From Octopus sinensis (Eukaryota), in contig NC_043010.1 of the NCBI RefSeq assembly GCF_006345805.1, forward strand, positions 45,880,001-45,944,000: a stretch of 64,000 nt of DNA. Reading direction: 5' to 3'. Both the position numbers and the translations under genes were made by a program. Below, piece by piece: positions 55,063 to 61,105 of the stretch. Position 1 is the first letter of the stretch. Every line of letters starts with the position of its first letter. The notes beneath the pieces were generated by a model. The model made no database searches. It worked only from the letters and a program-made list of their open reading frames with translations, and had not been told where the DNA came from.

Positions 55063-56007
55063 GTGTGTGTGTGTGTGTAAGTGTGTATATATATACGTGT
55101 GTGTGTGTGTGTATTAAAAGCTTCAAGGAAGCAATAAGGTGAGTACAAGCACTCAGCTCTGAGTACATTGTAATTCCTGTTCTCTTGTACATTATTTAAT
55201 TTCTGATTTAATTCCATATATGCATGCATACATACATACATACATACATACATACATAATACATACATACATACATACATGCATGTAATATTTGTTGAAA
55301 TGTTGTATATTTGCCACCTCATTGCCTTCCAAATGTTAGAATTATTTTCTTTTTCTTTATGTATTCCAGCACTGAAATTTCACAGAGCACAACATAAACT
55401 ACTGAAGAAAGCTTTAACACCTTCAAATCACAATTCAATATTTAAATGCAAAACATTTCTGGATTCCACTTCATCGTTAGTGGAACAAATCTGGCACTGT
55501 GCGAATTTTGTTTGTTCTGCTCTGTTCAACTCATCCACTGAACAAACATATCCTGAACATCTCTCACCCATACTCCCCACAGAATATTCCCATTGTTCAG
55601 TGAACCCTGTTGATGATTTGCTCATCTCTGATTGTCACTGTACGACATCCAAACATTCAGAGGAAAAAACTAATTCCAATAATTACTTTTCATCTTTCAT
55701 TAATTCTCCTTGTATAGTCACCAAACAGTTTTGCCAAAATGTTGACATGAACTGCTCTACCCAACACAATATAATTAATTACGAAGAGAAGACTGCATAT
55801 CATCCAAAACTATGTTCAAGTTGCCCCTGCATTGGTAACTACAAAACTGAAAGTCCATTTATCAGTCCATCCCGTTGTGTTATGGATCTCAATTTAAAAG
55901 CAAGTCACTCTACCCACGACCCTTTCGAATTGGACTCCTTTCTCGATTGTCTTCCCTTGTCACTCCCAAAATTCCACACAGAATCCAAGCATGATACTCT
56001 GGTGTAG
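596..56007 (+). CDS. 13-exon gene for a divergent alpha-catenin/vinculin-family protein (about 803 aa) lacking the C-terminal actin-binding domain
   Basis: Manually spliced exons 596-685, 18218-18379, 27078-27233, 30391-30498, 35103-35285, 37714-37845, 40414-40560, 42264-42337, 43600-43777, 47310-47424, 49777-50007, 53665-53862, 55370-56007. All introns are GT-AG with matching phases; the total of 2412 nt is open to a TAG stop. Segments align by eye to alpha-catenin: [17 protein letters not shown] ~ VERLLEPLVTQVTTLVN; [19 protein letters not shown] ~ KANRDLIYKQLQQAVTGIS; [15 protein letters not shown] ~ SDSFLETNVPLLVLI; [44 protein letters not shown] ~ DDFLAVSENHILEDVNKCVIALQEKDVDGLDRTAGAIRGRAARV. 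Confidence 0.85.
1888..2180. repeat. (CTAT)n tetranucleotide microsatellite, about 290 bp
   Basis: Direct reading. Confidence 0.97.
2896..2957. repeat. Perfect palindrome, 28-bp arms, 6-nt spacer
   Basis: ACCAATTAAGGACTGAACACGAAAAGTG-ACTGTC-CACTTTTCGTGTTCAGTCCTTAATTGGT. Confidence 0.95.
4328..5324 (+). mobile_element. RTE-clade LINE, 5'-truncated 3' portion with frameshifts
   Basis: [16 protein letters not shown], Cys-rich insert [59 protein letters not shown], followed by 3' UTR. Confidence 0.85.
7513..7518 (-). promoter_or_regulatory. Candidate polyadenylation signal (AATAAA) of the LicD gene
   Basis: TTTATT on the + strand about 90 nt downstream of the LicD stop codon. Confidence 0.5.
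7608..8606 (-). CDS. Intronless LicD-family (fukutin/FKRP-like) phosphotransferase, predicted type II membrane protein, 332 aa
   Basis: Continuous ORF; first true ATG at 8606 (the ORF track starts at a TTG). N-terminal hydrophobic anchor [19 protein letters not shown], LicD signature [30 protein letters not shown], Cys-containing C-terminus, several N-x-S/T sequons. Confidence 0.92.
   Translation of the reverse strand: MAVKISYIFILLSLVSFLFMMYYRTDIKNTNILKIEPTEERGNCFKILLDGELIVKECYMDRANYTVFKILQESGLTINLSKAHLGSFKPFDLTPKSNNIIQTFTHYLPYTEKVVFLYVFQNFIDICSQNNITFFMKSGTLLGSYRHHGFIPWDDDIDIYVEHSHKNILINSVKKQKDFYLFTPANFQWKYFHKKLSVPIRMNIPFKWPYLDIFFWHTNEKSFYDATRATKVTISEHEWIFPLTKRPFEGALINSPRETLKYLKIEYDVNKCCQNSYSHRYERLSRWNICVQCSKLWENIPYVQHEDLSNCTISEKLIYKNSTISLFNDTIC
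9200..10010 (-). mobile_element. Possible highly degenerate LINE endonuclease-region remnant
   Basis: Non-microsatellite sequence with broken reading frames; weak resemblance to APE endonuclease motifs ([18 protein letters not shown]). Clade not determinable. Confidence 0.3.
11233..11278 (-). ncRNA. Minimal hammerhead-like motif, family 1, inverted copy with truncated stem I
   Basis: Reverse complement of the 13.3 kb copy; same core CTGATGA..GAAA; stem I is cut at the insertion junction. Confidence 0.5.
11454..11682. mobile_element. piggyBac-like MITE
   Basis: TTAA-CCCATTAGTATT ... AATGCTAAAGGG-TTAA termini; homologous copies at 26276, 38938 and 40842. Confidence 0.75.
13294..13339 (+). ncRNA. 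Minimal type I hammerhead-like motif, family 1 (Penelope-like repeat), partly decayed
   Basis: GATAC-CTGATGA-A-GGCTG(loop)CAGCT-GAAA-TG-T-T-GTGTT: stems I and II pair with wobbles; the stem III palindrome ACGT is decayed to ATGT. Confidence 0.6.
15170..16668 (-). mobile_element. R4/Dong-like non-LTR retrotransposon (restriction-like endonuclease type), degenerate 3' part
   Basis: [48 protein letters not shown] and [17 protein letters not shown] motifs; 3' end abuts a (TTA)n array. Confidence 0.75.
16942..17235. repeat. Interspersed repeat family E
   Basis: GAGTGAGAGAGCAG..GCAGGTGG.GCCCAGTTAGAATTTTCTT..; second copy at 57488-57800. Confidence 0.7.
17999..18032 (+). ncRNA. Minimal hammerhead-like motif, family 2
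   Basis: TTT-CTGTAGA-A-GAGC(ATAG)GCTT-GAAA-CG-T-A-AAA. Confidence 0.5.
18218..18379 (+). CDS. alpha-catenin-like gene, exon 2
   Basis: Acceptor TATCCAG|TTG, donor GAT|GTAAGT, 162 nt, phase 0-0; [13 protein letters not shown]...HWIEACRND. Confidence 0.85.
19600..19790 (-). mobile_element. RTE LINE 3' fragment
   Basis: Minus-strand [19 protein letters not shown]...GRGR, homologous to 4960-5110. Confidence 0.65.
20970..21210 (-). mobile_element. Degenerate RTE/BovB-like LINE 3' fragment
   Basis: Minus-strand [12 protein letters not shown] and [14 protein letters not shown] motifs. Confidence 0.5.
21643..21876 (+). mobile_element. tRNA-derived SINE family A, full-length copy
   Basis: GAGCTGGCAGAA..GAGTTCAAATTCC box-B-like head; central GACTTTGCCTTTCATCCTT..GGGGTCGATAAATTAAGTACCAG; many copies in the window. 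Confidence 0.8.
22425..22570 (-). mobile_element. Terminal fragment of the same element as 38020-38130
   Basis: Shared TGGCTGAGAGATAACAGTTT..TGTG.CCCTTGGAAGATCTTT sequence. Confidence 0.55.
23040..23340 (-). mobile_element. Degenerate RTE-like RT fragment
   Basis: Minus-strand [20 protein letters not shown] resembles the K.PGPD.I..E motif upstream of the RT core. Confidence 0.4.
23829..24063 (+). mobile_element. SINE family A, full-length copy
   Basis: High identity to 21643-21876. Confidence 0.8.
24788..25146 (-). mobile_element. RTE LINE 3' end plus UTR
   Basis: Reverse complement of 4970-5324 ([16 protein letters not shown]; GTACTTGACTCAATAGGTCTCC). Confidence 0.8.
25240..25620 (-). mobile_element. 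Interspersed repeat family C (GGAGTGGTTGGCGTTAGGAAGGGCATCCAG core, (GAT)n tail, internal TGGTGCTTTTTACGTGCCAC subrepeats)
   Basis: Near-identical copies at about 52810-53090 and 62290-62600; others at 5330, 19100, 24240, 26477, 29660, 33650, 39650, 42460 and 46430. Confidence 0.75.
26276..26956. mobile_element. piggyBac-like MITE interrupted by a repeat family C insertion (about 26477-26930)
   Basis: Left end TTAACCCTTTATCATT; decayed right end AATGCTAAAGAATTAA after the inserted element. Confidence 0.65.
27078..27233 (+). CDS. alpha-catenin-like gene, exon 3
   Basis: Acceptor TTTTAACAG|TCA, donor CAG|GTATAC, 156 nt, phase 0-0; [17 protein letters not shown]...[14 protein letters not shown]. 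Confidence 0.85.
28837..29010. repeat. (TA)n-flanked AT-rich repeat; near-identical direct copy at 44812-44990
   Basis: AAGGAAATGAAGAAAATGCTGAC...GATAGATTTTTTTCTCTTATA in both; the 44.9 kb copy has a short internal tandem duplication (TTTGTTATGCTTATCA twice). Confidence 0.75.
29060..29335 (+). mobile_element. RTE-clade LINE fragment (second family)
   Basis: [52 protein letters not shown]. Confidence 0.65.
29419..29545 (+). mobile_element. RTE LINE extreme 3' coding fragment
   Basis: [34 protein letters not shown]. Confidence 0.8.
30061..30291 (-). mobile_element. SINE family A, full-length copy
   Basis: Reverse complement of family A. Confidence 0.8.
30391..30498 (+). CDS. alpha-catenin-like gene, exon 4
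   Basis: Acceptor CTTTTTACAG|GTA, donor TTG|GTAAGC, 108 nt, phase 0-0; [36 protein letters not shown] (~LLILADMADVYKLL). Confidence 0.85.
31618..31880 (-). mobile_element. SINE family D (tRNA head GGCTTAGTGGTTAGGGTG..TTCGATTCC, CORE-like)
   Basis: Copies at about 20385-20650 (+), 27590-27830 (-), 61490-61620 (+). Confidence 0.75.
32400..32760 (-). mobile_element. RTE LINE fragment (pre-RT region)
   Basis: [46 protein letters not shown]. Confidence 0.8.
34480..34866 (+). mobile_element. SINE family B (tRNA head, CORE-like CACCTTGGGCAAGTGTCTT, internal microsatellite, tail)
   Basis: Repeated throughout; minus-strand copies at about 11800-12125, 49258-49627, 59620-60240 and 62812-63190. Confidence 0.75.
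35103..35285 (+). CDS. alpha-catenin-like gene, exon 5
   Basis: Long T-rich tract then TTCCAG|GAG, donor GAG|GTAGTT, 183 nt, phase 0-0; [20 protein letters not shown]...[11 protein letters not shown]. Confidence 0.85.
35445..35834 (+). mobile_element. Helitron/Helentron-type non-autonomous element (tentative)
   Basis: Begins ACTAGCAATATTGCCCGGCATTGCTTGGG and ends ACAGACAACTTCAACTTTATATATATAGAGAT, termini resembling HINE/DINE-like elements. Confidence 0.45.
36234..36466 (-). mobile_element. SINE family A, full-length copy
   Basis: Reverse complement of family A. Confidence 0.8.
37003..37556 (+). mobile_element. Internally deleted mariner element with both TIRs and TA target duplication
   Basis: TA|GTGGGTTGTCCAGAAAGTT ... 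AACTTTTCGGACAACCCAA|TA; transposase N-terminus [13 protein letters not shown] joined out of frame to the C-terminus [26 protein letters not shown]. Confidence 0.9.
37714..37845 (+). CDS. alpha-catenin-like gene, exon 6
   Basis: Acceptor ATATAG|GCT, donor AAG|GTAACT, 132 nt, phase 0-0; [21 protein letters not shown] matches the alpha-catenin ANRD helix. Confidence 0.88.
38020..38620 (-). mobile_element. Tc1/mariner superfamily (DD37D/maT-like) transposase remnant
   Basis: [40 protein letters not shown] motifs with frameshifts. Confidence 0.7.
38938..39139. mobile_element. piggyBac-like MITE, left-truncated
   Basis: Same internal sequence; right end AACGCTAAAGGGTTAA. Confidence 0.65.
39300..39427 (+). 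mobile_element. RTE LINE fragment
   Basis: Homologous to 4815-4935 (AMLH..ETWA..RLERN..SML.WM). Confidence 0.65.
39522..39567 (-). ncRNA. Minimal hammerhead-like motif, family 1, G12A mutant
   Basis: Minus strand reads GACAC-CTGAAGA-A-GGCTG..CAGCC-AAAA-CG-T-T-GTGTT: intact stems and ACGT palindrome, but GAAA is changed to AAAA. Confidence 0.55.
40414..40560 (+). CDS. alpha-catenin-like gene, exon 7 (M1 region)
   Basis: Acceptor TTTCAG|GCC, donor AAG|GTAATA, 147 nt, phase 0-0; [31 protein letters not shown] ~ LEERLESIISGAALMADS..DDRRERIVAECN. Confidence 0.88.
40842..41069. mobile_element. piggyBac-like MITE
   Basis: TTAACCATTTAGTATT ... AATGCTGAAGGGTTAA. Confidence 0.7.
42264..42337 (+). 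CDS. alpha-catenin-like gene, exon 8
   Basis: Acceptor TTTTCTATAG|CTT, donor GA|GTAAGC, 74 nt, phase 0-2; [24 protein letters not shown]. Confidence 0.82.
42760..42895 (-). mobile_element. RTE LINE 3' fragment
   Basis: [30 protein letters not shown]. Confidence 0.7.
43180..43480 (+). mobile_element. Penelope-like element reverse transcriptase fragment, degenerate
   Basis: [30 protein letters not shown] resembles the PLE RT motif FDVTMGSYDGAE.CELVGL..LYRDDG. Confidence 0.65.
43600..43777 (+). CDS. alpha-catenin-like gene, exon 9 (M1/M2)
   Basis: Acceptor TTTTTATAG|T, donor ACA|GTAAGT, 178 nt, phase 2-0; [37 protein letters not shown]. Confidence 0.88.
44040..44543 (-). mobile_element. Two tandem family D SINE copies
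   Basis: Unit TGCGCCCTTTT.AAGCCTAGCCAGGCT... occurs twice head-to-tail (about 44040 and 44295). Confidence 0.75.
44990..45220. repeat. Compound (TA)n/(CA)n/(TG)n microsatellite block, one of many
   Basis: Direct reading; source of several spurious IY/HT-rich ORFs. Confidence 0.95.
45750..45787 (+). ncRNA. Minimal hammerhead-like motif, family 2
   Basis: TCTTT-CTGTTGA-A-GAGC(GTAG)GCTC-GAAA-CG-T-T-AAAGA; perfect stems I and II. Confidence 0.6.
45986..46166. repeat. Palindrome with 88-bp arms (one T/G mismatch) and 5-nt loop
   Basis: Arms 45986-46073 and 46079-46166, loop ATATA; part of the right arm is repeated directly at about 46175-46234. Confidence 0.92.
46812..47210. mobile_element. Second piggyBac-like MITE carrying an inserted family 2 hammerhead-bearing repeat
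   Basis: TTAACCTTTTCGTTAC ... GTAATGAAAGGGTTAA termini; insert at about 46980-47160. Confidence 0.6.
47095..47132 (+). ncRNA. Minimal hammerhead-like motif, family 2
   Basis: TCTTT-CTGTCGA-A-GAGC(ATAG)GCTC-GAAA-CG-T-A-AAAGA; perfect stems I and II, GUA triplet at the cleavage position. Confidence 0.6.
47310..47424 (+). CDS. alpha-catenin-like gene, exon 10 (M2)
   Basis: Tandem acceptor TATCCAG|CAG, donor AAGT|GTAAGT, 115 nt, phase 0-1; [24 protein letters not shown] ~ EVKEYAQVFREHANKLIEVANL. Confidence 0.85.
48884..49243. mobile_element. hAT-like MITE
   Basis: GGGTTCTCAACC ... GGTTGAGAACCCCTG terminal inverted repeats; partial copies at about 28612 and 35930-35968. Confidence 0.6.
49777..50007 (+). 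CDS. alpha-catenin-like gene, exon 11 (M2)
   Basis: Acceptor GTCTAG|TT, donor TCTT|GTAAGT, 231 nt, phase 1-1; NLECLDPEI...[27 protein letters not shown] ~ QLEALCPQV...EQWEKQVRVLTDAVDDITSIDDFLAVS. Confidence 0.88.
50123..50274. mobile_element. Non-autonomous element with TGTGTCTGGGGAGAGT terminal inverted repeats
   Basis: Both TIRs present; a longer relative lies at 20000-20280 and an end fragment at 50575-50667. Superfamily not assigned. Confidence 0.55.
51150..52760 (-). mobile_element. CR1/L2-clade LINE remnant, internally deleted and degenerate
   Basis: C-terminal [31 protein letters not shown] motif at 51279-51480; decayed endonuclease-like sequence at 52400-52700. Confidence 0.7.
53665..53862 (+). 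CDS. alpha-catenin-like gene, exon 12 (M3)
   Basis: Acceptor TTTTCACAG|TA, donor CAGT|GTAAGT, 198 nt, phase 1-1; strongest alpha-catenin match ([35 protein letters not shown]). Confidence 0.9.
55370..56007 (+). CDS. alpha-catenin-like gene, terminal exon 13 (end of M3 plus Ser/Cys/His-rich tail)
   Basis: Pyrimidine tract then TTCCAG|CA, phase 1, open 638 nt to TAG; [19 protein letters not shown] ~ FIDASRLVYDGIRDIRKAV, then about 160 aa with no similarity I can recognise, ending KHDTLV*. Confidence 0.78.
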
Positions 56008-56214
56008 TAAACATTTGTTTCAAATAATGTATGAAGCATAACATGTTATACTATGTTGTGATACTCTGAATATCAGGGAGTTCCTGACATATCGGTACTA
56101 ATTATTTATTTAATGTATTGAGTATTCAGAGATGTTGTTACTGTTTTCACTATATCATTATTATTATTACTACTGGTGTTAATACAATCAATTAACCCCA
56201 TCCCCTCAAAATTG

Positions 56215-56306
56215 CAGGCTTTGCACCTAAATTAGAAACTATCATCATTATTATTATTATTATTATTATTACTACTACTATCATTATTATTACTATTATT
56301 ATTATT

Positions 56307-56380
<74 letters not shown>
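56215..56380. repeat. (TTA)n/(TCA)n compound trinucleotide array downstream of the gene stop
   Basis: Direct reading. Confidence 0.9.
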
Positions 56381-56382
<2 letters not shown>

Positions 56383-56699
56383 TGGCAAGCTAGCAGAATC
56401 ATTAGCACGCTGGGCAAAATGCTTAGTGGCATTTCATCCATCTTTATGTTGTGAGTTCAAATCCCGCTGAGGTTGACTTTTCCTTTCATCTTTTCAGAAT
56501 TAATTAATTAAGTACCAGTGAAACACTGGGGTCTAGATAATTGACTAGTCCCCTCCAAACAAATTTCAGGCCTTGTGCCTATAATAAAAAGGATTATTAA
56601 GGTGGTGAGTTGGCAGAATTGTTAGCACACCGGGTAAAATGCTTAGCGGCATTTCTCCATCTTTATATTCTGAGTTCAAATTCCACTGAATTCTATTTT

Positions 56700-56886
56700 C
56701 GACAATGCCTTCAGGTTTGTGGTCATACCTATTTTTTGCTCTGTCAAGTCCATACTTGTTGCAAAGTGTCCATTGGACAAGCCTGGCTATATTGTCGTGC
56801 CGTCTCTTATATTCTTTCTGGGCTAGTGGCGTACATTGGCTGATAATATGCCATACGGTTTCACCGTTTTGTCCACAGATTCTGCA
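56700..56886 (-). mobile_element. R4/Dong-like LINE fragment (CCHC zinc knuckle region)
   Basis: CRICGQNGETVWHIISQCTPLAQKEYKRRHDNIARLVQWTLC; adjacent to an (ATT)n array. Confidence 0.8.
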
Positions 56887-56930
56887 CATTATTATTATTA
56901 TTAATATTATTATTATTATAATTATTATTA

Positions 56931-56961
<31 letters not shown>

Positions 56962-57289
56962 TATTATTATTATAATTATTCAACATTTAGTAGTTTCAGG
57001 CAAATTTCTACTGCACCACCTGCTACACCTCCATGTTGCTGTGTTGTGCACAGCATTGTCTGTTCCTTTCTTATTGTTTGGAGTGTGCAAACTTTTCCCT
57101 ATATTGTATTGCATCAGTTTCTGTTTTTAGTGTGGTGCGGTGCAGTCTTTTGTTGTATTAGTGTTTGTATTGTGTTGTGTGTGTAATGCGTTGGGTATTA
57201 TAGCCTGCTGGTGGTAGTTTATTTTGGATGATTGCTATATAGAATGTGTCTTGTATTTATGGATTGTTTTACTTGGGTTGTATTATTGA

Positions 57290-57470
57290 ATTGATAGTGT
57301 CTTGTGTAGGATGTGGGCTGTTCCTGGCAAAGCTACTTTTTTGATTCCAGGTATAGTTTCTTCATTTTTGTTCATATGTTTTTTAATCATGCCCAATGCT
57401 CCAATTATTATTGATATTGTTTTCACCTTCATGCCCCACATCTTGAATACTTCAATTTCGAGGTCTTTGT
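57290..57470 (-). mobile_element. R4/Dong-like LINE C-terminal fragment
   Basis: [44 protein letters not shown]; adjacent to (TTA)n. Confidence 0.75.
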
Positions 57471-58460
57471 TATTATTATTATTATTTCTGAGTGAGAGAG
57501 CAGTGCATGCCAGCAAAGTGACACAGGGGTACAAATATACAAAGCCCAGTATACTTGTCATGAATATCCGTCTGATAAGGGAACACCAGGCACATGCATA
57601 ACAACAATATGTATGTGACATGATGACCTTATATCAAGAGAAACAGCACATGACTTTGCAGGTGGAGCCCAGTTAGAATTTTCTTGAGGTTTAGCATTCC
57701 ACCCAGCTCAAAAAGTCCCTGAATAAAAGTTCTTTAAGGATGATAGACAAAACACCCATGTTTCCAGAGGTGAATTATTCAAACCTCAAAGACTTCCTCT
57801 CAACTTATGGCTATGATGCCCCCCTATGCCATCCCACTACTTCTGCTCATGATCAGAGCTGCTCAAGTGGTTAAGGTCAAGCAACCGATAAACAAATCTG
57901 TGGTATTGAGCAGAATATTTGCTGTAGCCCATCTTTTATACCAAGACAAAACATGTACATGATAATACTTCCAATCAGTTAAGATCAGAAGCCATGAGAG
58001 TCACTGCCTGCTATTCCATCCAGGTATTTATTATTATTGTTAACACGCCAGGCAAAATGCTTGGTTGCATTTCGTCTATCAGTTCAAATTCTGCTGAGGT
58101 CAACTTTGCCTTTCTTCCTTTTGGGGTCGATAAATTAAGTACTAGTGAAACACTGGGATCAATGTAATCGACTTATCCCCACCCCCAAAATGGCTGCCCT
58201 TGTGGGAAAATTTGAAACCATCATTATTATCATTATTGCTATTATTATTATTATTATTGTGAGCTGGCAGAATTGTTAGCACACCAGGCAAAATGCTTAG
58301 CAGCATTTCATCCATCTTTACGTTCTGAGTTCAAATTCTGCTGAGATCGACTTTGTCTTTTATTCTATCAGGGTCAGAGTACCAGTTAAATACTTGGTCA
58401 ATTGTAATTGGTTTAACTCCTCCTCTGAAATTGCTGGCCCTCTGCCAAAATTTGGAACCA

Positions 58461-58491
<31 letters not shown>

Positions 58492-59822
58492 CATTATTAT
58501 TATTATGATTATTATGATTATTACTACTACTACTACTACTACTATTATTATCATTATCAGATAACCCAACTGATTTAGCGTAATTTATCTTCTAAACTTG
58601 CTTTGTCTACTTTAAACCTCTAAATATTACAATTATTCCTACAGAAATATGAATAAGCAAAAGAAAAAAAAGAACGAGTAAAATAAAAAAAAAACAATCT
58701 CCTTTGCTTTTCATGACCAGAATTAATTATTCGTTTTTCAATGAGTTAAATTGTAAGTTTTTTTTTATCTCTTTACCTTAATATGTTAGTCCCACTTCGC
58801 TATTTGTTTTTCGAGCACATTACGTTATTTATAGAATCACACATCGTCAAAGGGATGTAACTCTAGTAAAGGGAGATAATTTTGCTAACCCTATATTATA
58901 CCGCGTTAGCTGCTAGCATTTAAATAATTCACTACTACGTTTGAAGACAGTGCTTCCTTACGGCTGCAATCCATTGGCTGAAACCAGTAAACGATGTTGA
59001 ATCTAATGACAAGTAAGGAAATTTCACTGATAACTGTGTTTTTGTAGTTCTATCATCTAGGCAGTCGGATCATCTTGGTAGTCAGATCATTGCTAGTGTT
59101 AGCAACCAAATGTTCAACAAATCACATTCAACTATCTTAAAAAAGAGGATATAGTGTATAATGTTGCCCTATGTTTTGAGCAAAAAGACGATATTTACGG
59201 CTAGAAGGAACAGTGGGATTAGAATTGAGCTATGGTTCAACAGACAAGTGATACTACTGGGTGGGCCAAAAGTTATGCATGGAATAAGTTCAACATGCTC
59301 TGGAATTATCAAAGACATGCTTCAATTTTCCTAAAATTGTATAAAATAAATAAAATAATGACGGATACACACTTGTACAGGATGAACAACATTAACAATA
59401 ATGATAATAATAGTAAAGTAATATAAAATAAAATGCCAAATGTTTTGGTGCGTGACCTTTGGCCCACGCATACAAAAAAACAAATAGGTCAGTGGGCAAC
59501 TAACATATTTGATGTAAAGAGTAAAAGAAATATTCTTAAAATTACTGCTATAGTTAGGAGATTATTATGTTTATATTTTTCGTTTCTTATTTTCTCTTGT
59601 TTCATATCTATTGTCATACTCTTTTACTTGTTTCAGTCATTTGACTGTGGCCATGCTGGAGCACCGCCTTTAGTCGAGCAAATCGACCCCAGCACTTATT
59701 CTTTGTAAGCCTAGTACTTATTCTATCGGTCTGTTTTGCCGAACTGCTAAGTGACGGGGATGTAAACACACCAGCATCAGTTGTCAAGCGATGACACAGA
59801 CACACACATACATATATATATA

Positions 59823-59865
<43 letters not shown>

Positions 59866-60000
59866 TATATATACGACGGGCTTCTTTCAGTTTCTGTCTA
59901 CTAAATCCACTCACAAGGCCTTGGTCGGCCCGAGGTTATAGTAGAAGACACTTGCCCAAGGTGCCACGCAGTGGGACTGAACACAAACACACACACACAT

Positions 60001-60074
<74 letters not shown>

Positions 60075-61063
60075 TATATATATACGAGGGGCTTCTTTCA
60101 GTTTCTGTCTACCAAATCCACTCACAAGGCTTTGGTCAGCCTGAGGCTATAGTAGAAGACACTTGCCCAAGGTGCCACGCAGTGGGACTGAACCCGGAAC
60201 TATGTGGTTTGTAAGGAAGCTACTTACCACACAACCACTTCTATGCCTATGTCATTCATATTTTTCATAAAGAATATTTTTAGAAATTTAAGCAAACATA
60301 GCTAGTCTGAAAGATAATCATGTTAAATCTGTTTAGTTGGTTGATGATGATGACAATAATAATAATTTTTCTACTATTGGCATAAAGTCTGAAATGTGGT
60401 AAGAGAAGATTAGTTGTTTATATCAACCCCAGTGCTCAAGTGGTACTTATTTTATTGACCTTCAATGGATGAAAAACAAATACTGGAATTTAAACTTTGC
60501 CTTTTATCCTATTTGGGATTGATAAAATAAGTATCAGTTAAACACTGAGGTGGATGAAATTGACTAAATCCCTCCAATCTAAATTTGATGGCCTTGTGCA
60601 AAAACTTGAAACAAAACAAAAAAATAGTAATCCTTTGTAGAAGGCCTGAAAGTTCGGGGGAGTGGTCTGATTGATTATATTGCCCCCAGAACTCAAAAGA
60701 TTTCTATTTTATGAACCCTGAAAGGATGAAAAGCAAAGTTGACCTCAGTGGAATTTGAACTCACAACATAAAGGTGGATGAAATGCTGCTGAACATTTCA
60801 TCCAGCCTTAATAATAATGATGATAATGATGATGATTTCAAATTTTGGCACAAGGCCAGCAATTTCGGGCATGAGGATAAGTCAATTACATTGACCCTTG
60901 TGCTTGTCTGCTACTTATTTTACTGACCCTGGAAGGATGAAAGGCAAAGTTGATCTTGGCAGGGTTTGAACTCAAAACATAAAGACGGACAAAATGCCAC
61001 TAAGTAGTTTGCCTGGCATGCTAACAATTTTGCCAGATTGCCGCTCTAATGATAATGATGAGG

Positions 61064-61105
<42 letters not shown>

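Noticed and set aside
55279-55369. 5' part of the 242-aa ORF as coding sequence
   Set aside because: It lies upstream of the exon 13 acceptor (pyrimidine tract plus CAG at 55367-55369) and is intronic read-through of the frame.
596-56007. Naming the host gene vinculin, CTNNA, CTNNAL1 or Sry-alpha
   Set aside because: Similarity was judged by eye and is low, and the domain content differs from all of them; orthology needs a phylogeny.
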